This document shows positions 1-8,880 of a stretch of 64,000 nt of DNA, one piece after another. Position 1 is the first letter of the stretch, and every line of letters begins with the position of its first letter. Below the pieces are notes generated by a model. It made no database searches and was not told the origin of the DNA. It saw only the letters and a list, made by a program, of their open reading frames with translations. Source of the DNA: an uncultured Planctomycetales bacterium (GTDB lineage: Bacteria; Omnitrophota; Gorgyraeia; Zapsychrales; JAHFFX01); the NCBI GenBank assembly GCA_964612665.1, contig CAZTCI010000004.1:270376-334375 (forward strand), given 5' to 3'. A program made the position numbers and the translations under genes.

Positions 1-115
1 GTAATATAATTCCCTGTTATATCCCCGTCGGTAGAGACGGCCCTCTGGACCGTCTCTAGTCGAATTCTCCCCTGATTTTTCGTTATTCCTAATTTTTTGA
101 TTTGCAAAGAGCCAA

Positions 116-463
116 ATGTTCAATTTGACCAAACAAGAACGCCTCGTTTTGATTTTTTTAGCTTCCGTTTATTTGACCGGAATTTGTTTGCAAATTATTT
201 TTAAAATAAACCCGCGTTTAAAAGATTCCATCAGTTTGATCGACAGCGGTGAGGTTTATCATCAGGTTGATATTAATCGTGTCAGCATCCAGGAGCTCGA
301 ACAAATTCCTGGCATTGGATCATTGTGGGCCCAAAAGATTGTGGCGTTTAGGGATCAGACAGGGAAGATTCAGTCGCTTGAAGAATTAAAAGGTGGCACC
401 AATATGGATAAGAAAAGATTTCAAACGGTTCAAAAGTTCTTAAAGATTGCCAGAGAAGAATGA
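116..463 (+). CDS. comEA: ComEA-like competence protein with helix-hairpin-helix DNA-binding domain
   Basis: N-terminal TM anchor plus C-terminal HhH motif (DINRVSIQELEQIPGIGSLWAQKIVAFRDQTG..SLEEL). Its stop overlaps the start of a ComEC-like gene. Confidence 0.6.
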   Translation: MFNLTKQERLVLIFLASVYLTGICLQIIFKINPRLKDSISLIDSGEVYHQVDINRVSIQELEQIPGIGSLWAQKIVAFRDQTGKIQSLEELKGGTNMDKKRFQTVQKFLKIAREE

Positions 464-2115
464 TTCAAACGCATCGTCCGATAGGCCAAGTCGTTTTGTT
501 TTTCATCGGCGGCATTGTGATTGGAATACAGATTCCATCGAGCTTGGCATTTTTAATAGCTGCCGGCATTTTGATTTTACTTTTCTCGGCGTTGAGCTTG
601 TTGTTTTTGCGCCGGCAGGAATTTTCGTGTGTGTTTTTGTTAATAGCTTTTAGTTTTTTAGGAATGCTGGCCGTTGGCAATGCCCGCATGTTGAGCGTGG
701 ATGATATTGCGCACAACATTGAGCACCCGGTTTATGCGTCGGTTATAGTTGAAGGCGTTATTGTTTCGGATGTTCGGCATAGTTTTTTCCGGAATACGCG
801 GAAAACTAGTTTTACGCTGGTGGTGATGGGCGAAAGAGAGCCGGGCGGCCCTGTACCGAGTTCTGGTACAGGGCCGCCCGCGCCGGAATCAGCTCTCTTC
901 GCAAAACGCTCCGGCAAAATTATCGTAGACATCTTCCGCGACGTGAATCTCAACTACGGCGATCGTATTCAAGTGGAAGGACGCCTGCACCGGCCGTTTC
1001 GTTTCTCAAATGATTCCAGATTTTCCTACGAAAATTATTTGCGCCAGCGCGGCATCTGGCTCATTTTAAGCGTTAAAAAGATAACACCGGTTACAGTATT
1101 AAATTCAAATCAAGCTAACTTTTTACAAACTGTTGCCTTAAAATTAAGACAGCGCGCCCAGAAAATTCTCACAGAATATCTTTCAGTGAATGCGGCAGGC
1201 ATTGTCAACGCTCTTATTCTGGGTGAACGTTATGACATCGCCAAAGAGATTAAGAATTTATTTGTTCAAACCGGTACCGCGCATATCCTGGCGATCAGCG
1301 GTTTTAATGTCGGCATCGCTGCTTTCTTGATTTTTTTGATGCTGAAAATTATGCGCTTTTCTCGCCGCTGGCAATATATTCTAACGATGATGGTCTTAAT
1401 TGCTTATGCTTTCTTGACGGGAGGTCAGCCGCCGGTTGTGCGCGCGACCATTATGGCGGTTGTCTTTTTGTTAGGATTTTTACTTGAGAAAGAAAGCGAA
1501 CCTTTAAACGCGTTGGCTTTGGCGGCGATGGTACTTTTGCTGGGGAATCCTTTTAATCTCTTTGATGTTGGATTCCAGCTTTCTTTTATCAGTGTCTTTT
1601 TTATTATACGGTTTTACTCACGCGTATGGGCCAAAATAGCGCGGACGATTCACGACAATACGCCTAAAATTTTGATTTACATTCTACAATCACTCATTGT
1701 TTCAATTATTGCGTATGGTGGAGTGGCGGGATTGATTGCTTATTATTTTAATATCGTAACACCCATTACCATCTTAGCTAATGTGATTATCATTCCTTTA
1801 ACTTCTTTGATCACAGTTTTAGGGATTGGATTACTAGTGATTGGGATGATGTTTCCTTATGGTGCTGGCTTCTTTGCGATTTGTCTGAAAGCCAGTTTAA
1901 GCGGGCTTATTGGTGTCGCATGGCTGTTTAGCCAAGTGCCGGGCGCTTATTTTTATATTCGGCTAATAACTTTGTGGCAGGTTTTAGCTTACTATTTAAG
2001 TATAGGAATTGGTATTGGGATTTATTCTTGTTTAAAAATTTACTACACGCATACGAATCAATTATGGCCGCAAATTTTGCAAAAAAGCCCGTTACATCCT
2101 CGGAGCGGCGATTGA
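460..2115 (+). CDS. comEC: ComEC/Rec2-family DNA internalization channel (short form with no metallo-beta-lactamase domain)
   Basis: Polytopic membrane protein with the competence-domain motif ILAISGFNVGIAAFLIF. Only 551 aa, so the C-terminal MBL nuclease domain seems absent. Sits in a comEA-comEC operon arrangement. Confidence 0.7.
   Translation: MIQTHRPIGQVVLFFIGGIVIGIQIPSSLAFLIAAGILILLFSALSLLFLRRQEFSCVFLLIAFSFLGMLAVGNARMLSVDDIAHNIEHPVYASVIVEGVIVSDVRHSFFRNTRKTSFTLVVMGEREPGGPVPSSGTGPPAPESALFAKRSGKIIVDIFRDVNLNYGDRIQVEGRLHRPFRFSNDSRFSYENYLRQRGIWLILSVKKITPVTVLNSNQANFLQTVALKLRQRAQKILTEYLSVNAAGIVNALILGERYDIAKEIKNLFVQTGTAHILAISGFNVGIAAFLIFLMLKIMRFSRRWQYILTMMVLIAYAFLTGGQPPVVRATIMAVVFLLGFLLEKESEPLNALALAAMVLLLGNPFNLFDVGFQLSFISVFFIIRFYSRVWAKIARTIHDNTPKILIYILQSLIVSIIAYGGVAGLIAYYFNIVTPITILANVIIIPLTSLITVLGIGLLVIGMMFPYGAGFFAICLKASLSGLIGVAWLFSQVPGAYFYIRLITLWQVLAYYLSIGIGIGIYSCLKIYYTHTNQLWPQILQKSPLHPRSGD
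843..879. repeat. Perfect 15-bp GC-rich inverted repeat (GGGCGGCCCTGTACC-gagttct-GGTACAGGGCCGCCC) embedded in-frame in comEC
   Basis: Read directly from sequence. The arms are exact reverse complements. The element is about 80% GC in an AT-rich gene and encodes a Pro/Gly-rich insert (EPGGPVPSSGTGPPAPE). Confidence 0.8.
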
Positions 2116-2149
2116 CAAAGGAAATCAACTATGCTAGAGTTAACCCCAT

Positions 2150-3118
2150 ATGTTAAAGAGAAAATTTTTTTTATTATCCTTCCTTATATTAAGCTTTGGC
2201 TTGGGATTTTTTGTGACGAACGTTTCGGCGTTTTGGATGTGGACACCCGAAACCAACAAATGGGTCAACCCCAAATATGCTGTCAAAGACACGCCTAAAG
2301 CCCAACTGCAATACGCCAAAACCTTTTACAACTCCAAAAATTATAAAAAGGCAATCGATGAGTTTAACAAACTCCTCAATACTTATCCACGGGCTCGTGA
2401 AGCACCCGAAGCTCAGTTTTACATTGGAATGAGTTTAGAGAATCAGGATAAATTGTACGAAGCCTTTAAAGCCTACCAAAAGGTCGTTGAACGCTATCCG
2501 TTCAGCGAACGTTCACCGGAAATTGTTGAAAAACAATATCACATTGGCGAAAAATTATTAGAAGGTTCCACTAAGCATAAAACTATATTACAAACCGTCT
2601 CCGGCGGCGATTATGATGTCGTTGATATCTTCCGTAATGTCATTAAAAATGCTCCTTATGGACAATACGCCGCGCCGTCCCAATACAAAATCGGTTTGTA
2701 TCTTCAAGAAAAAGAGATGTACCAAGAATCCCGTGATGAATTCGAAAAAGTTGTGAATGATTATCCGGATAGCGAATGGGCCAAGGCCGCGCAATTCCAA
2801 ATTGCTCAAGTGGACGCTAGACGTTCTTCCAGCTCACAGTATGATCAAAAAGTAACCAAGGCGGCGGTTGATGAATTTTCCGATTTCGTCAAAGAGAATC
2901 CCGACGCTGAGTTATCGCATAAAGCGCAGAATCAAATCCATGATTTGCGGGAAAAGGAAGCGCACAACAGTTTCCTCATTGCTAATTTTTATGAAAAACA
3001 AAAAAATTTTAAGGCGGCTAAGATATACTATGCAGCTGTCGTTGATAAATACAAAAATACAAAATGGGCGGTCAAGGCCTTGACCAAAATACAACAATTG
3101 GAAGGTAAAATGAAATGA
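2150..3118 (+). CDS. Periplasmic TPR-repeat protein (BamD/YbgF-like)
   Basis: Signal peptide ending VSA, then several TPR-like repeats (YNSKNYKKAIDEFNKLL, FYIGMSLENQDKLYEAFKAYQKVV). Upstream of lptE. Confidence 0.4.
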   Translation: MLKRKFFLLSFLILSFGLGFFVTNVSAFWMWTPETNKWVNPKYAVKDTPKAQLQYAKTFYNSKNYKKAIDEFNKLLNTYPRAREAPEAQFYIGMSLENQDKLYEAFKAYQKVVERYPFSERSPEIVEKQYHIGEKLLEGSTKHKTILQTVSGGDYDVVDIFRNVIKNAPYGQYAAPSQYKIGLYLQEKEMYQESRDEFEKVVNDYPDSEWAKAAQFQIAQVDARRSSSSQYDQKVTKAAVDEFSDFVKENPDAELSHKAQNQIHDLREKEAHNSFLIANFYEKQKNFKAAKIYYAAVVDKYKNTKWAVKALTKIQQLEGKMK

Positions 3119-3648
3119 GAAGACAGTTTGTGAGTGTATTTTTAACGGTGTGTTGTGCGGCGATTGTTTTAAACGGCTGTGGATATTCGACCCGTTCGTT
3201 GCTCCCGAGAAATTTAAAAACAATTTATATCGCCCCTTTTAAAAATAACATTACCTATTCCACTGAATCCAACCATAATACTTATTTTCCTTTACTCGAA
3301 ACAAAAATTCAAAATGCGGTCGCGGACCGGTTTTTGTTCGACGGGAATTTGCGTGTGGCCGAAAGTGGTAACGCAGATTTAACGCTCAAAGGTGAGCTGA
3401 TTTCTTATCAAAGAGACGCATTGCGTTATACTGATAATAACGATGTCCAGGAATACCGTATTCAGATCGCTGTTTTGTTGAAATTGTATAATGCCAGCGG
3501 TGATATTGTTTGGCAGGAACCGAATTTTGTCGGCGATACGACCTATTTTGTAACGGGTTCTTTGGCTAAGTCAGAAGATACCGCTGTTCAAGATGCTGTT
3601 ACCGATCTTGCAAAACGGATTGTTGAAAGAACTATTGAGGATTGGTAA
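3115..3648 (+). CDS. lptE: LPS-assembly lipoprotein LptE-like
   Basis: Lipobox LNGC followed by GYSTRSLLPRNLKTIYIAPFKN, typical of the LptE N-terminus. Placed just upstream of holA as in the leuS-lptE-holA arrangement of proteobacteria. Confidence 0.5.
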   Translation: MRRQFVSVFLTVCCAAIVLNGCGYSTRSLLPRNLKTIYIAPFKNNITYSTESNHNTYFPLLETKIQNAVADRFLFDGNLRVAESGNADLTLKGELISYQRDALRYTDNNDVQEYRIQIAVLLKLYNASGDIVWQEPNFVGDTTYFVTGSLAKSEDTAVQDAVTDLAKRIVERTIEDW

Positions 3649-3697
3649 AGCCGCCGGGCGCCCCGGAGACGATGTTATGGCGGCGCCGGGGCGCCCA
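3649..3697 (+). other. GC-rich structured element at the lptE/holA junction with two interleaved complementary segment pairs (gccgcc/ggcggc and gggcgcccc/ggggcgccc)
   Basis: Read from sequence. Pair a is 3650-3655 with 3679-3684. Pair b is 3656-3664 with 3688-3696. The order a-b-a'-b' is pseudoknot-compatible. The element overlaps candidate holA start codons at 3672 and 3677. Confidence 0.4.
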
Positions 3698-4403
3698 CAT
3701 TCTATTTCGCCTCTGTTACGTTACAGGCTGTTCTTCCAAAGCTCTAACCAATATGATTTACCTTCTATTCGGCGATAACCCATCCGCCCAAGACGCCAAA
3801 ATTGAAGACCTTAAAAAAAAGATTCTGCCTCAAGCACAAGCTGCTTATTTTGATTTAGAAAGTTTTTCCGCACACAAATTAACTCCTGAAAATTTCAAAA
3901 AATCTCTTATCAGTTTACCGGCCGTCGCGCCTAAACGTTTGCTTATCCTCCGAGACGCTGACCGGCTTAGTCCAGCTAACCAGGAAATCTTAGAAGAATT
4001 TATTCATTCCTCGCCGAAACATGTAGACGTTATTTTGTCTTTTGAAGAAGCACCTAAAGAAACTTTTCTTAAAAAAATAAAAGGCCCTGGCGTTCAAATT
4101 TTTGATTTCTCATCCGGCCCTAAACTAAATGTTTTTGATATGACCCGCGCGATTGAAATGAATAAAAAAGCAGAGGCCTTAAGAATTCTCAGTGAATTAT
4201 TTGAACAAGGAATTCATCCCTTGCAAATTATGGGTGGTTTGATTTGGTTTTGGGGAAAAAGAAGAGAAAGGGTGTCACCAGGTGCTTTTGAAAAAGGCCT
4301 CCTTGCGCTTCAGGAGGCCGATTTAAATATTAAGCGGAGCCGTTTGGCGCCGGAACATGCACTGGAAATTGTTGTGGTTAAACTTTGTTCACCCTTGAAT
4401 TAG
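3672..4403 (+). CDS. holA: DNA polymerase III delta subunit (HolA-like), short form; start uncertain
   Basis: IYLLFGDNP followed by LLILRDADRLSPANQEILEEFI, a HolA-like N-domain pattern. Synteny after lptE. The ORF-track start at 3642 is a TTG inside the lptE stop. An ATG at 3672 with a GGAG Shine-Dalgarno is chosen here. An ATG at 3757 (MIYLLFG) is also possible. Confidence 0.45.
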   Translation: MLWRRRGAHILFRLCYVTGCSSKALTNMIYLLFGDNPSAQDAKIEDLKKKILPQAQAAYFDLESFSAHKLTPENFKKSLISLPAVAPKRLLILRDADRLSPANQEILEEFIHSSPKHVDVILSFEEAPKETFLKKIKGPGVQIFDFSSGPKLNVFDMTRAIEMNKKAEALRILSELFEQGIHPLQIMGGLIWFWGKRRERVSPGAFEKGLLALQEADLNIKRSRLAPEHALEIVVVKLCSPLN

Positions 4404-4420
4404 ATGAATAGGTGTTGCGG

Positions 4421-4461
4421 AAAAAATAAATGCTGCGTAATGGAGTTTACTTACGCAGCAT
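4421..4461 (-). terminator. rpsT intrinsic terminator: 11-bp perfect stem (atgctgcgtaa / ttacgcagcat) overlapping the stop codon, then a U-run on the minus strand
   Basis: Arms at 4430-4440 and 4451-4461 are exact reverse complements. The A-run at 4421-4429 on plus equals a T-run downstream on minus. Confidence 0.6.
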
Positions 4462-4714
4462 GAAGAAATTGTCGGCTGAAAACCGATTTACGTCGGGCAG
4501 CGGTATTTTTATGCAGGAGATTACGCTTGGCGGCTTTATCGATCTTTTTATAAAGAAGCTTTAGTGTTGATTGCGCTTCATTTTTATCTTTGGCTTCAAG
4601 CGCCGCCTTAAATTTCTTGATTGTCTTTTTAAGGTCGGTTTTAACATCCAAATTGTGTAAATGTTTTTTGCGATTGATACGAAGTGCTTTAATCGCGTTT
4701 CGTCTTTGCGGCAA
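4451..4714 (-). CDS. rpsT: 30S ribosomal protein S20
   Basis: MPQRRNAIKALRINRKK...KRNLLHKNTAARRKSV matches the S20 family. A TTG start at 4712-4714 is preceded by AAGGAGGTG and gives the expected 87 aa. The longer ORF-track start at 4789 is also a TTG with no Shine-Dalgarno. Confidence 0.7.
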   Translation of the reverse strand: MPQRRNAIKALRINRKKHLHNLDVKTDLKKTIKKFKAALEAKDKNEAQSTLKLLYKKIDKAAKRNLLHKNTAARRKSVFSRQFLHAA

Positions 4715-4782
4715 TGATATCACCTCCTTATGGCGCGAATTGTCGCGAAATGAGGCCATAATATACCAAAAGAGCCCCGAGA

Positions 4783-6375
4783 ATGTCAATCGATAAATCT
4801 TCCGTCCACGATTCCCACCGTTTTATCGTTAAATCTGCCTTTATCATCGCGTTAGGCACGCTGTTTTCCCGGATATTGGGATTTATCCGCGATATTATCT
4901 TGGCGAAATTTTTTGGAACAGCCTTTCGCGCTGATGCTTTCTTTGTCGCTTTTCGTCTTCCTAATCTTCTACGCGATTTAATGGGGGAAGGCGCGACCAA
5001 TTCCGCGGTGGTGCCGGTTTTTTCTGAATACATCAATAAAAAAAATCCCGAAGGCATGTGGCATTTTGTGAATGTGGTTTTGGTTTGGTTTTTTATCATT
5101 TTAACCGGTGCCTCTATTTTAGGAATTGTTTTAGCGCCGTGGATTGTTCCGCTCATTGCGCCTGGGTTTAAAGCTGACGCGCAAAAGATGCACCTTACGG
5201 TCCAATTAACTCAATTACTTTTTCCATATTTAATTTTTATTGGACTGACTGCCTACAGCATGGGCATTTTATATACGTTTCGATCGTTTGTTTGGCCGGC
5301 GCTCAGTCCGTGTCTGCTGAATATCGCGATGATTATTAGCGTTGCTTTCGCGGTTAAAAAAATGGATGAACCCGCCGTCGGGCTGGCCGTTGGTGTTTTG
5401 GTTGGAGGTTTTTTGCAGTTAGGGTTGCAGTTATGGGCTCTAAAGCGGATGGGAATGACCTTTACGATTCCCCGTGTTTTAAAACATCCTGGCGCCGAAA
5501 AAATTGGCAGACTGCTTTTGCCGCGGCTGTTCGGATCAGGTGTTTATCAGTTAAATGTTTTTATCGATACGTTGTGTGCTTCGTTGTCATCGATTGTTGG
5601 GCCCGGCGGAATTTCGGCGATTTATTATGCCAACCGGCTGATTCAATTTCCCCAAGGGATTTTTGGAATTGCTATGGTATCGGCGCTATTGCCGACTTTA
5701 TCCAGCTTTGTGGTTAAAAAAGATTATGAATCTCTTCGAAATACACTTTTGTTTTCTTTACGCAATATGTTCTTAGTGATGGTTCCAGTTTCTGTTATTA
5801 CGGGCGTCTTGGCAACGCCCATTGTCCGGGTTCTTTTTGAGCGGGGAGAATTTAATCAGGAATCAACCGCGATCACAGCCTGGGCGCTTTTTTGGTTTGC
5901 CCCTGGTCTTTTATTTTACGGTGTGACTCGGATCATGGTAAGCACCTTTCATGCCCTGCAAGATACGGTGACTCCGGTTAAAACCGCGGGAAGATGTCTT
6001 TTTATTAACGCCATTTTGAATTTTTGTTTAATGGTTCCTCTAAAAGTCGGCGGCATTGCGCTGGCCAGTTCAATTTCGGTTTTTGTAAACTTTACGATTC
6101 TATTTTGTTTAATGGATAAAAGGCTGGATGGGCTTAAAAGACCGCTTGTTGAATACGTAAAACGTTTAGGCATTGCCGGATTAATAATGGGTTTAGGCAT
6201 GTGGGCATTATGGAATCTTTTGAATTCCTCGTCGGAATCTATTAAAATAGCAATCGACTCTTTGTTTGGGTTAGCCTTATTTGTTGGCATGTGTTTAATG
6301 TTAGGCATTGAAGATATGAAAAAAATTTTAACCGAAACTTTACAGCGTTTAACGAAGATCTTTTCCAGCCTATGA
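4783..6375 (+). CDS. murJ: Lipid II flippase MurJ (MviN)
   Basis: N-terminus FIIALGTLFSRILGFIRDIILAKFFG...DAFFVAFRLPNLLR is the MurJ signature. About 14 TM segments. Adjacent to rpsT, as in many bacteria. Confidence 0.85.
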   Translation: MSIDKSSVHDSHRFIVKSAFIIALGTLFSRILGFIRDIILAKFFGTAFRADAFFVAFRLPNLLRDLMGEGATNSAVVPVFSEYINKKNPEGMWHFVNVVLVWFFIILTGASILGIVLAPWIVPLIAPGFKADAQKMHLTVQLTQLLFPYLIFIGLTAYSMGILYTFRSFVWPALSPCLLNIAMIISVAFAVKKMDEPAVGLAVGVLVGGFLQLGLQLWALKRMGMTFTIPRVLKHPGAEKIGRLLLPRLFGSGVYQLNVFIDTLCASLSSIVGPGGISAIYYANRLIQFPQGIFGIAMVSALLPTLSSFVVKKDYESLRNTLLFSLRNMFLVMVPVSVITGVLATPIVRVLFERGEFNQESTAITAWALFWFAPGLLFYGVTRIMVSTFHALQDTVTPVKTAGRCLFINAILNFCLMVPLKVGGIALASSISVFVNFTILFCLMDKRLDGLKRPLVEYVKRLGIAGLIMGLGMWALWNLLNSSSESIKIAIDSLFGLALFVGMCLMLGIEDMKKILTETLQRLTKIFSSL

Positions 6376-7649
6376 AAACGCAAACTTCTCTTTTAACCAA
6401 AATCGCTTTACTTCCTTTATCGAGCGGCGTTTATTTTATGAAAGACACTGAAGGGCGAGTCATTTATGTCGGCAAGGCGGTTTCAATCCGTAAACGTGTT
6501 CAATCTTATTTTAACCGCTCGGATAAGATTCTTTCCAAGACAGATCTATTGGTTTCCAACATTCAAGACGTAGATTATGTCTTGACGAGCTCTGAGGCCG
6601 AGGCGTTGATTCTAGAAGCCAGTTTGATTAAAGAATATCAGCCAAAGTTTAATATTGATTTGAGAGATGATAAAAGTTATCCGTACATTCAAATCACGAA
6701 CGACAAGTATCCACGCATCGCGGTTGTCCGCCCGGCGGTTAAACCAACAGCGCAGATCAATAAAAAAGATCCCAAACATACATACTATGGCCCATATGTG
6801 AACGCCCAGTTAATCCGCGAAGCCCTTGGAATTATTCGCAAAATTTTTCATTTTCGTACTTGTGAGCCTTTGCCCAAAAAAGCTTGTCTCGATTTTCATA
6901 TCGGGCTGTGCGATGCGCCGTGCATTGGGAACATTAATCAAGAAGAGTACCAAAAGATTATCAACCATGTCTGCTTAATTCTCGAGGGGAAGAAGGATGA
7001 GCTGTATCAGAACCTGCGCGCTGAAATGGAAGCCCACGCCAACGCGAACCGTTTCGAAGAAGCGGCCAAGGTGCGCGACCAGATTCGCGCAATTGGCGCG
7101 TTATATTCCGGAACGAAGGACATTAATTATTATAAGGAAGCCGAACAACTTCAGCGTCTTTTAAATCTACCTCGCCGCCCAGAACGCATTGAGGCGTTTG
7201 ACATTTCCAATATATTCGGGAATCAAGCGGTCGGTTCCATGGTTTCATTCTTAAATGGAAAGCCTGATAAAAATAATTACCGTCGTTTCCGCATCCGTGA
7301 AGTGGAAGGCATTGATGATTTTAAAATGATCGCAGAAGTGGTCCGCCGACGCTACCGGCGGTTGAAAGAGGAGCACCTGATTTTTCCAGATTTAATTTTA
7401 ATCGACGGGGGAAAAGGTCAATTGTCCGCGGCCGTTGAGCAATTAAATGCACTCGAAGTTAAAATTCCAATTATTTCATTGGCAAAACAAGAAGAAGAAA
7501 TTTTTGTCCCGTATAAACGCAATTCAATCCGGTTAGCGCATGATTCCCTAGGACTTCAATTATTGCAGCGTGTCCGCGATGAGGCGCATCGATTTGCCTT
7601 GAGTTATCACCGGAAATTGCGCAGCAAAAAAGTTTTTGAGCATAAATGA
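6372..7649 (+). CDS. uvrC: Excinuclease ABC subunit C (UvrC), short form with no C-terminal (HhH)2 domain
   Basis: GIY-YIG motif GVYFMKDTEGRVIYVGKA..KRVQSYF. Cys-rich region and UVR domain (FEEAAKVRDQIRAI). C-terminal endonuclease domain (ILIDGGKGQL, RDEAHRFA). Only 425 aa. Confidence 0.75.
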   Translation: MKTQTSLLTKIALLPLSSGVYFMKDTEGRVIYVGKAVSIRKRVQSYFNRSDKILSKTDLLVSNIQDVDYVLTSSEAEALILEASLIKEYQPKFNIDLRDDKSYPYIQITNDKYPRIAVVRPAVKPTAQINKKDPKHTYYGPYVNAQLIREALGIIRKIFHFRTCEPLPKKACLDFHIGLCDAPCIGNINQEEYQKIINHVCLILEGKKDELYQNLRAEMEAHANANRFEEAAKVRDQIRAIGALYSGTKDINYYKEAEQLQRLLNLPRRPERIEAFDISNIFGNQAVGSMVSFLNGKPDKNNYRRFRIREVEGIDDFKMIAEVVRRRYRRLKEEHLIFPDLILIDGGKGQLSAAVEQLNALEVKIPIISLAKQEEEIFVPYKRNSIRLAHDSLGLQLLQRVRDEAHRFALSYHRKLRSKKVFEHK

Positions 7650-7666
7650 TTTCTTTCTGCTGCATA

Positions 7667-7703
7667 CCTCAAGTTGTAGTTTGTGGCCTGTAGCTTGCAG
7701 GCC
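7667..7703. repeat. REP-like intergenic palindromic element, copy 1 (contains ttgtagtttg and the hairpin ggcctg-tagcttg-caggcc)
   Basis: Read from sequence. Related copies lie at 10741-10810 and 32569-32608. Confidence 0.45.
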
Positions 7704-7769
7704 AATCGCTCTTAAAAAATATCGATTTACTTTATGCGTTTCAAAAAATTTCGGTAGAATATTAACACT

Positions 7770-8849
7770 ATGCGTATCACTCATTTGTTCATGCAAATGG
7801 TCGCTCACGGGGCGTCGGATTTATTCCTGCGTATCAATTCCATGCCTAAGGCCCGTATCCACGGGAGGGTACGAATTATAGACACCCAACCGGTAACGCC
7901 TGAAGAAATGACCGCGATTACTAATTTTCTTTTAAGTACCGAAGAACGCAAGAAATTTTTTGCGAACAATATGGATATTGATTTTCTTTACAATGAGCCA
8001 GAGGTTGGACGTTTTCGCATTAATATTTTTCGCCAGCGCGGTACCCCCGCGATTGTGGCGAGGCATATTTATAGTCAAATCCGTTCTTTTGAACAATTGA
8101 ATCTGCCGTTGGATTTTCTAAAGAAGGTCTGTGAAGAATCGAGCGGCTTATTTTTAGTGTGCGGCCCGGCGGGCAGCGGTAAATCCACGGCAATCGCCAG
8201 TATGCTTGAATATATTAACCTGACCAGCGAAAAACATATCGTGACCATTGAAGATCCAATTGAATTTTTGTTTCAGGATAAAAAAAGTATTATTAATCAA
8301 AGAGAAATGGGATTGGATGTCCATTCGTATCCTGTTGCTTTAAGACAAGTAACCCAGCAAAGTCCGGACATTATTTTTATTGGCAACACGCGTGATAAAG
8401 AAACGATGGAAGCGGTTATAAACGCGACTGAATTGGGCGCTTTTACCGTGACGACGTTTCATACCGTTAACGCCGTGCAGTCGCTCCATCGGATTATTAA
8501 TTTTTTCCCGCCGCATCTGCATGATGAAATCCGGATTCAACTGTCTTTGCTTTTGAAAGGTATCATTTCGCTTCGATTAGTTCCGCTTAAAGACGGTTCT
8601 GGCCGTATTCCTGCCTATGAAACCGTTTATATCACACCCACCATCGCCCGTCTGATCCGTGAGGGGACGACCAAAGAAATCCAAGCCTATATTGATGAAG
8701 GTGAGCTTTTCGGCATGCGCTCTTTTAAACAATCGCTCGTGCGTCTGGTTAACGAAGGATGGGTTGATGAAGAAGATGCGCGCAAAGTTTCCGACAGCAA
8801 AGACGAATTCAATTTGGAACTTAAAGGCATCAGACGGTTTAACAAATAA
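7770..8849 (+). CDS. pilT: Type IV pilus retraction ATPase PilT
   Basis: Walker A GPAGSGKST. Motifs IVTIEDPIEF and the PilT/PilU-family C-terminus. About 360 aa. Confidence 0.8.
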   Translation: MRITHLFMQMVAHGASDLFLRINSMPKARIHGRVRIIDTQPVTPEEMTAITNFLLSTEERKKFFANNMDIDFLYNEPEVGRFRINIFRQRGTPAIVARHIYSQIRSFEQLNLPLDFLKKVCEESSGLFLVCGPAGSGKSTAIASMLEYINLTSEKHIVTIEDPIEFLFQDKKSIINQREMGLDVHSYPVALRQVTQQSPDIIFIGNTRDKETMEAVINATELGAFTVTTFHTVNAVQSLHRIINFFPPHLHDEIRIQLSLLLKGIISLRLVPLKDGSGRIPAYETVYITPTIARLIREGTTKEIQAYIDEGELFGMRSFKQSLVRLVNEGWVDEEDARKVSDSKDEFNLELKGIRRFNK

Positions 8850-8880
8850 ATCCTGCCCAGATTTTTTTCCTAAATAATTT

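Noticed and set aside
30-62. Hairpin near window start (tagagacgg-ccctctgga-ccgtctcta) and weak resemblance of 60-80 to a tRNA T-arm
   Set aside because: No acceptor or anticodon arms can be built. Most likely the terminator of the upstream (unseen) gene. Truncated by the window edge.
3642-3671. ORF-track start of holA at 3642
   Set aside because: It is a TTG embedded in the lptE stop region and in the GC-rich structured element. An in-frame ATG with a GGAG Shine-Dalgarno at 3672 (or an ATG at 3757) is more plausible.
4715-4789. Longer N-terminus for rpsT (start 4789 or 4759)
   Set aside because: A TTG at 4712-4714 preceded by AAGGAGGTG gives the canonical 87-aa S20. Upstream candidate starts have no Shine-Dalgarno.
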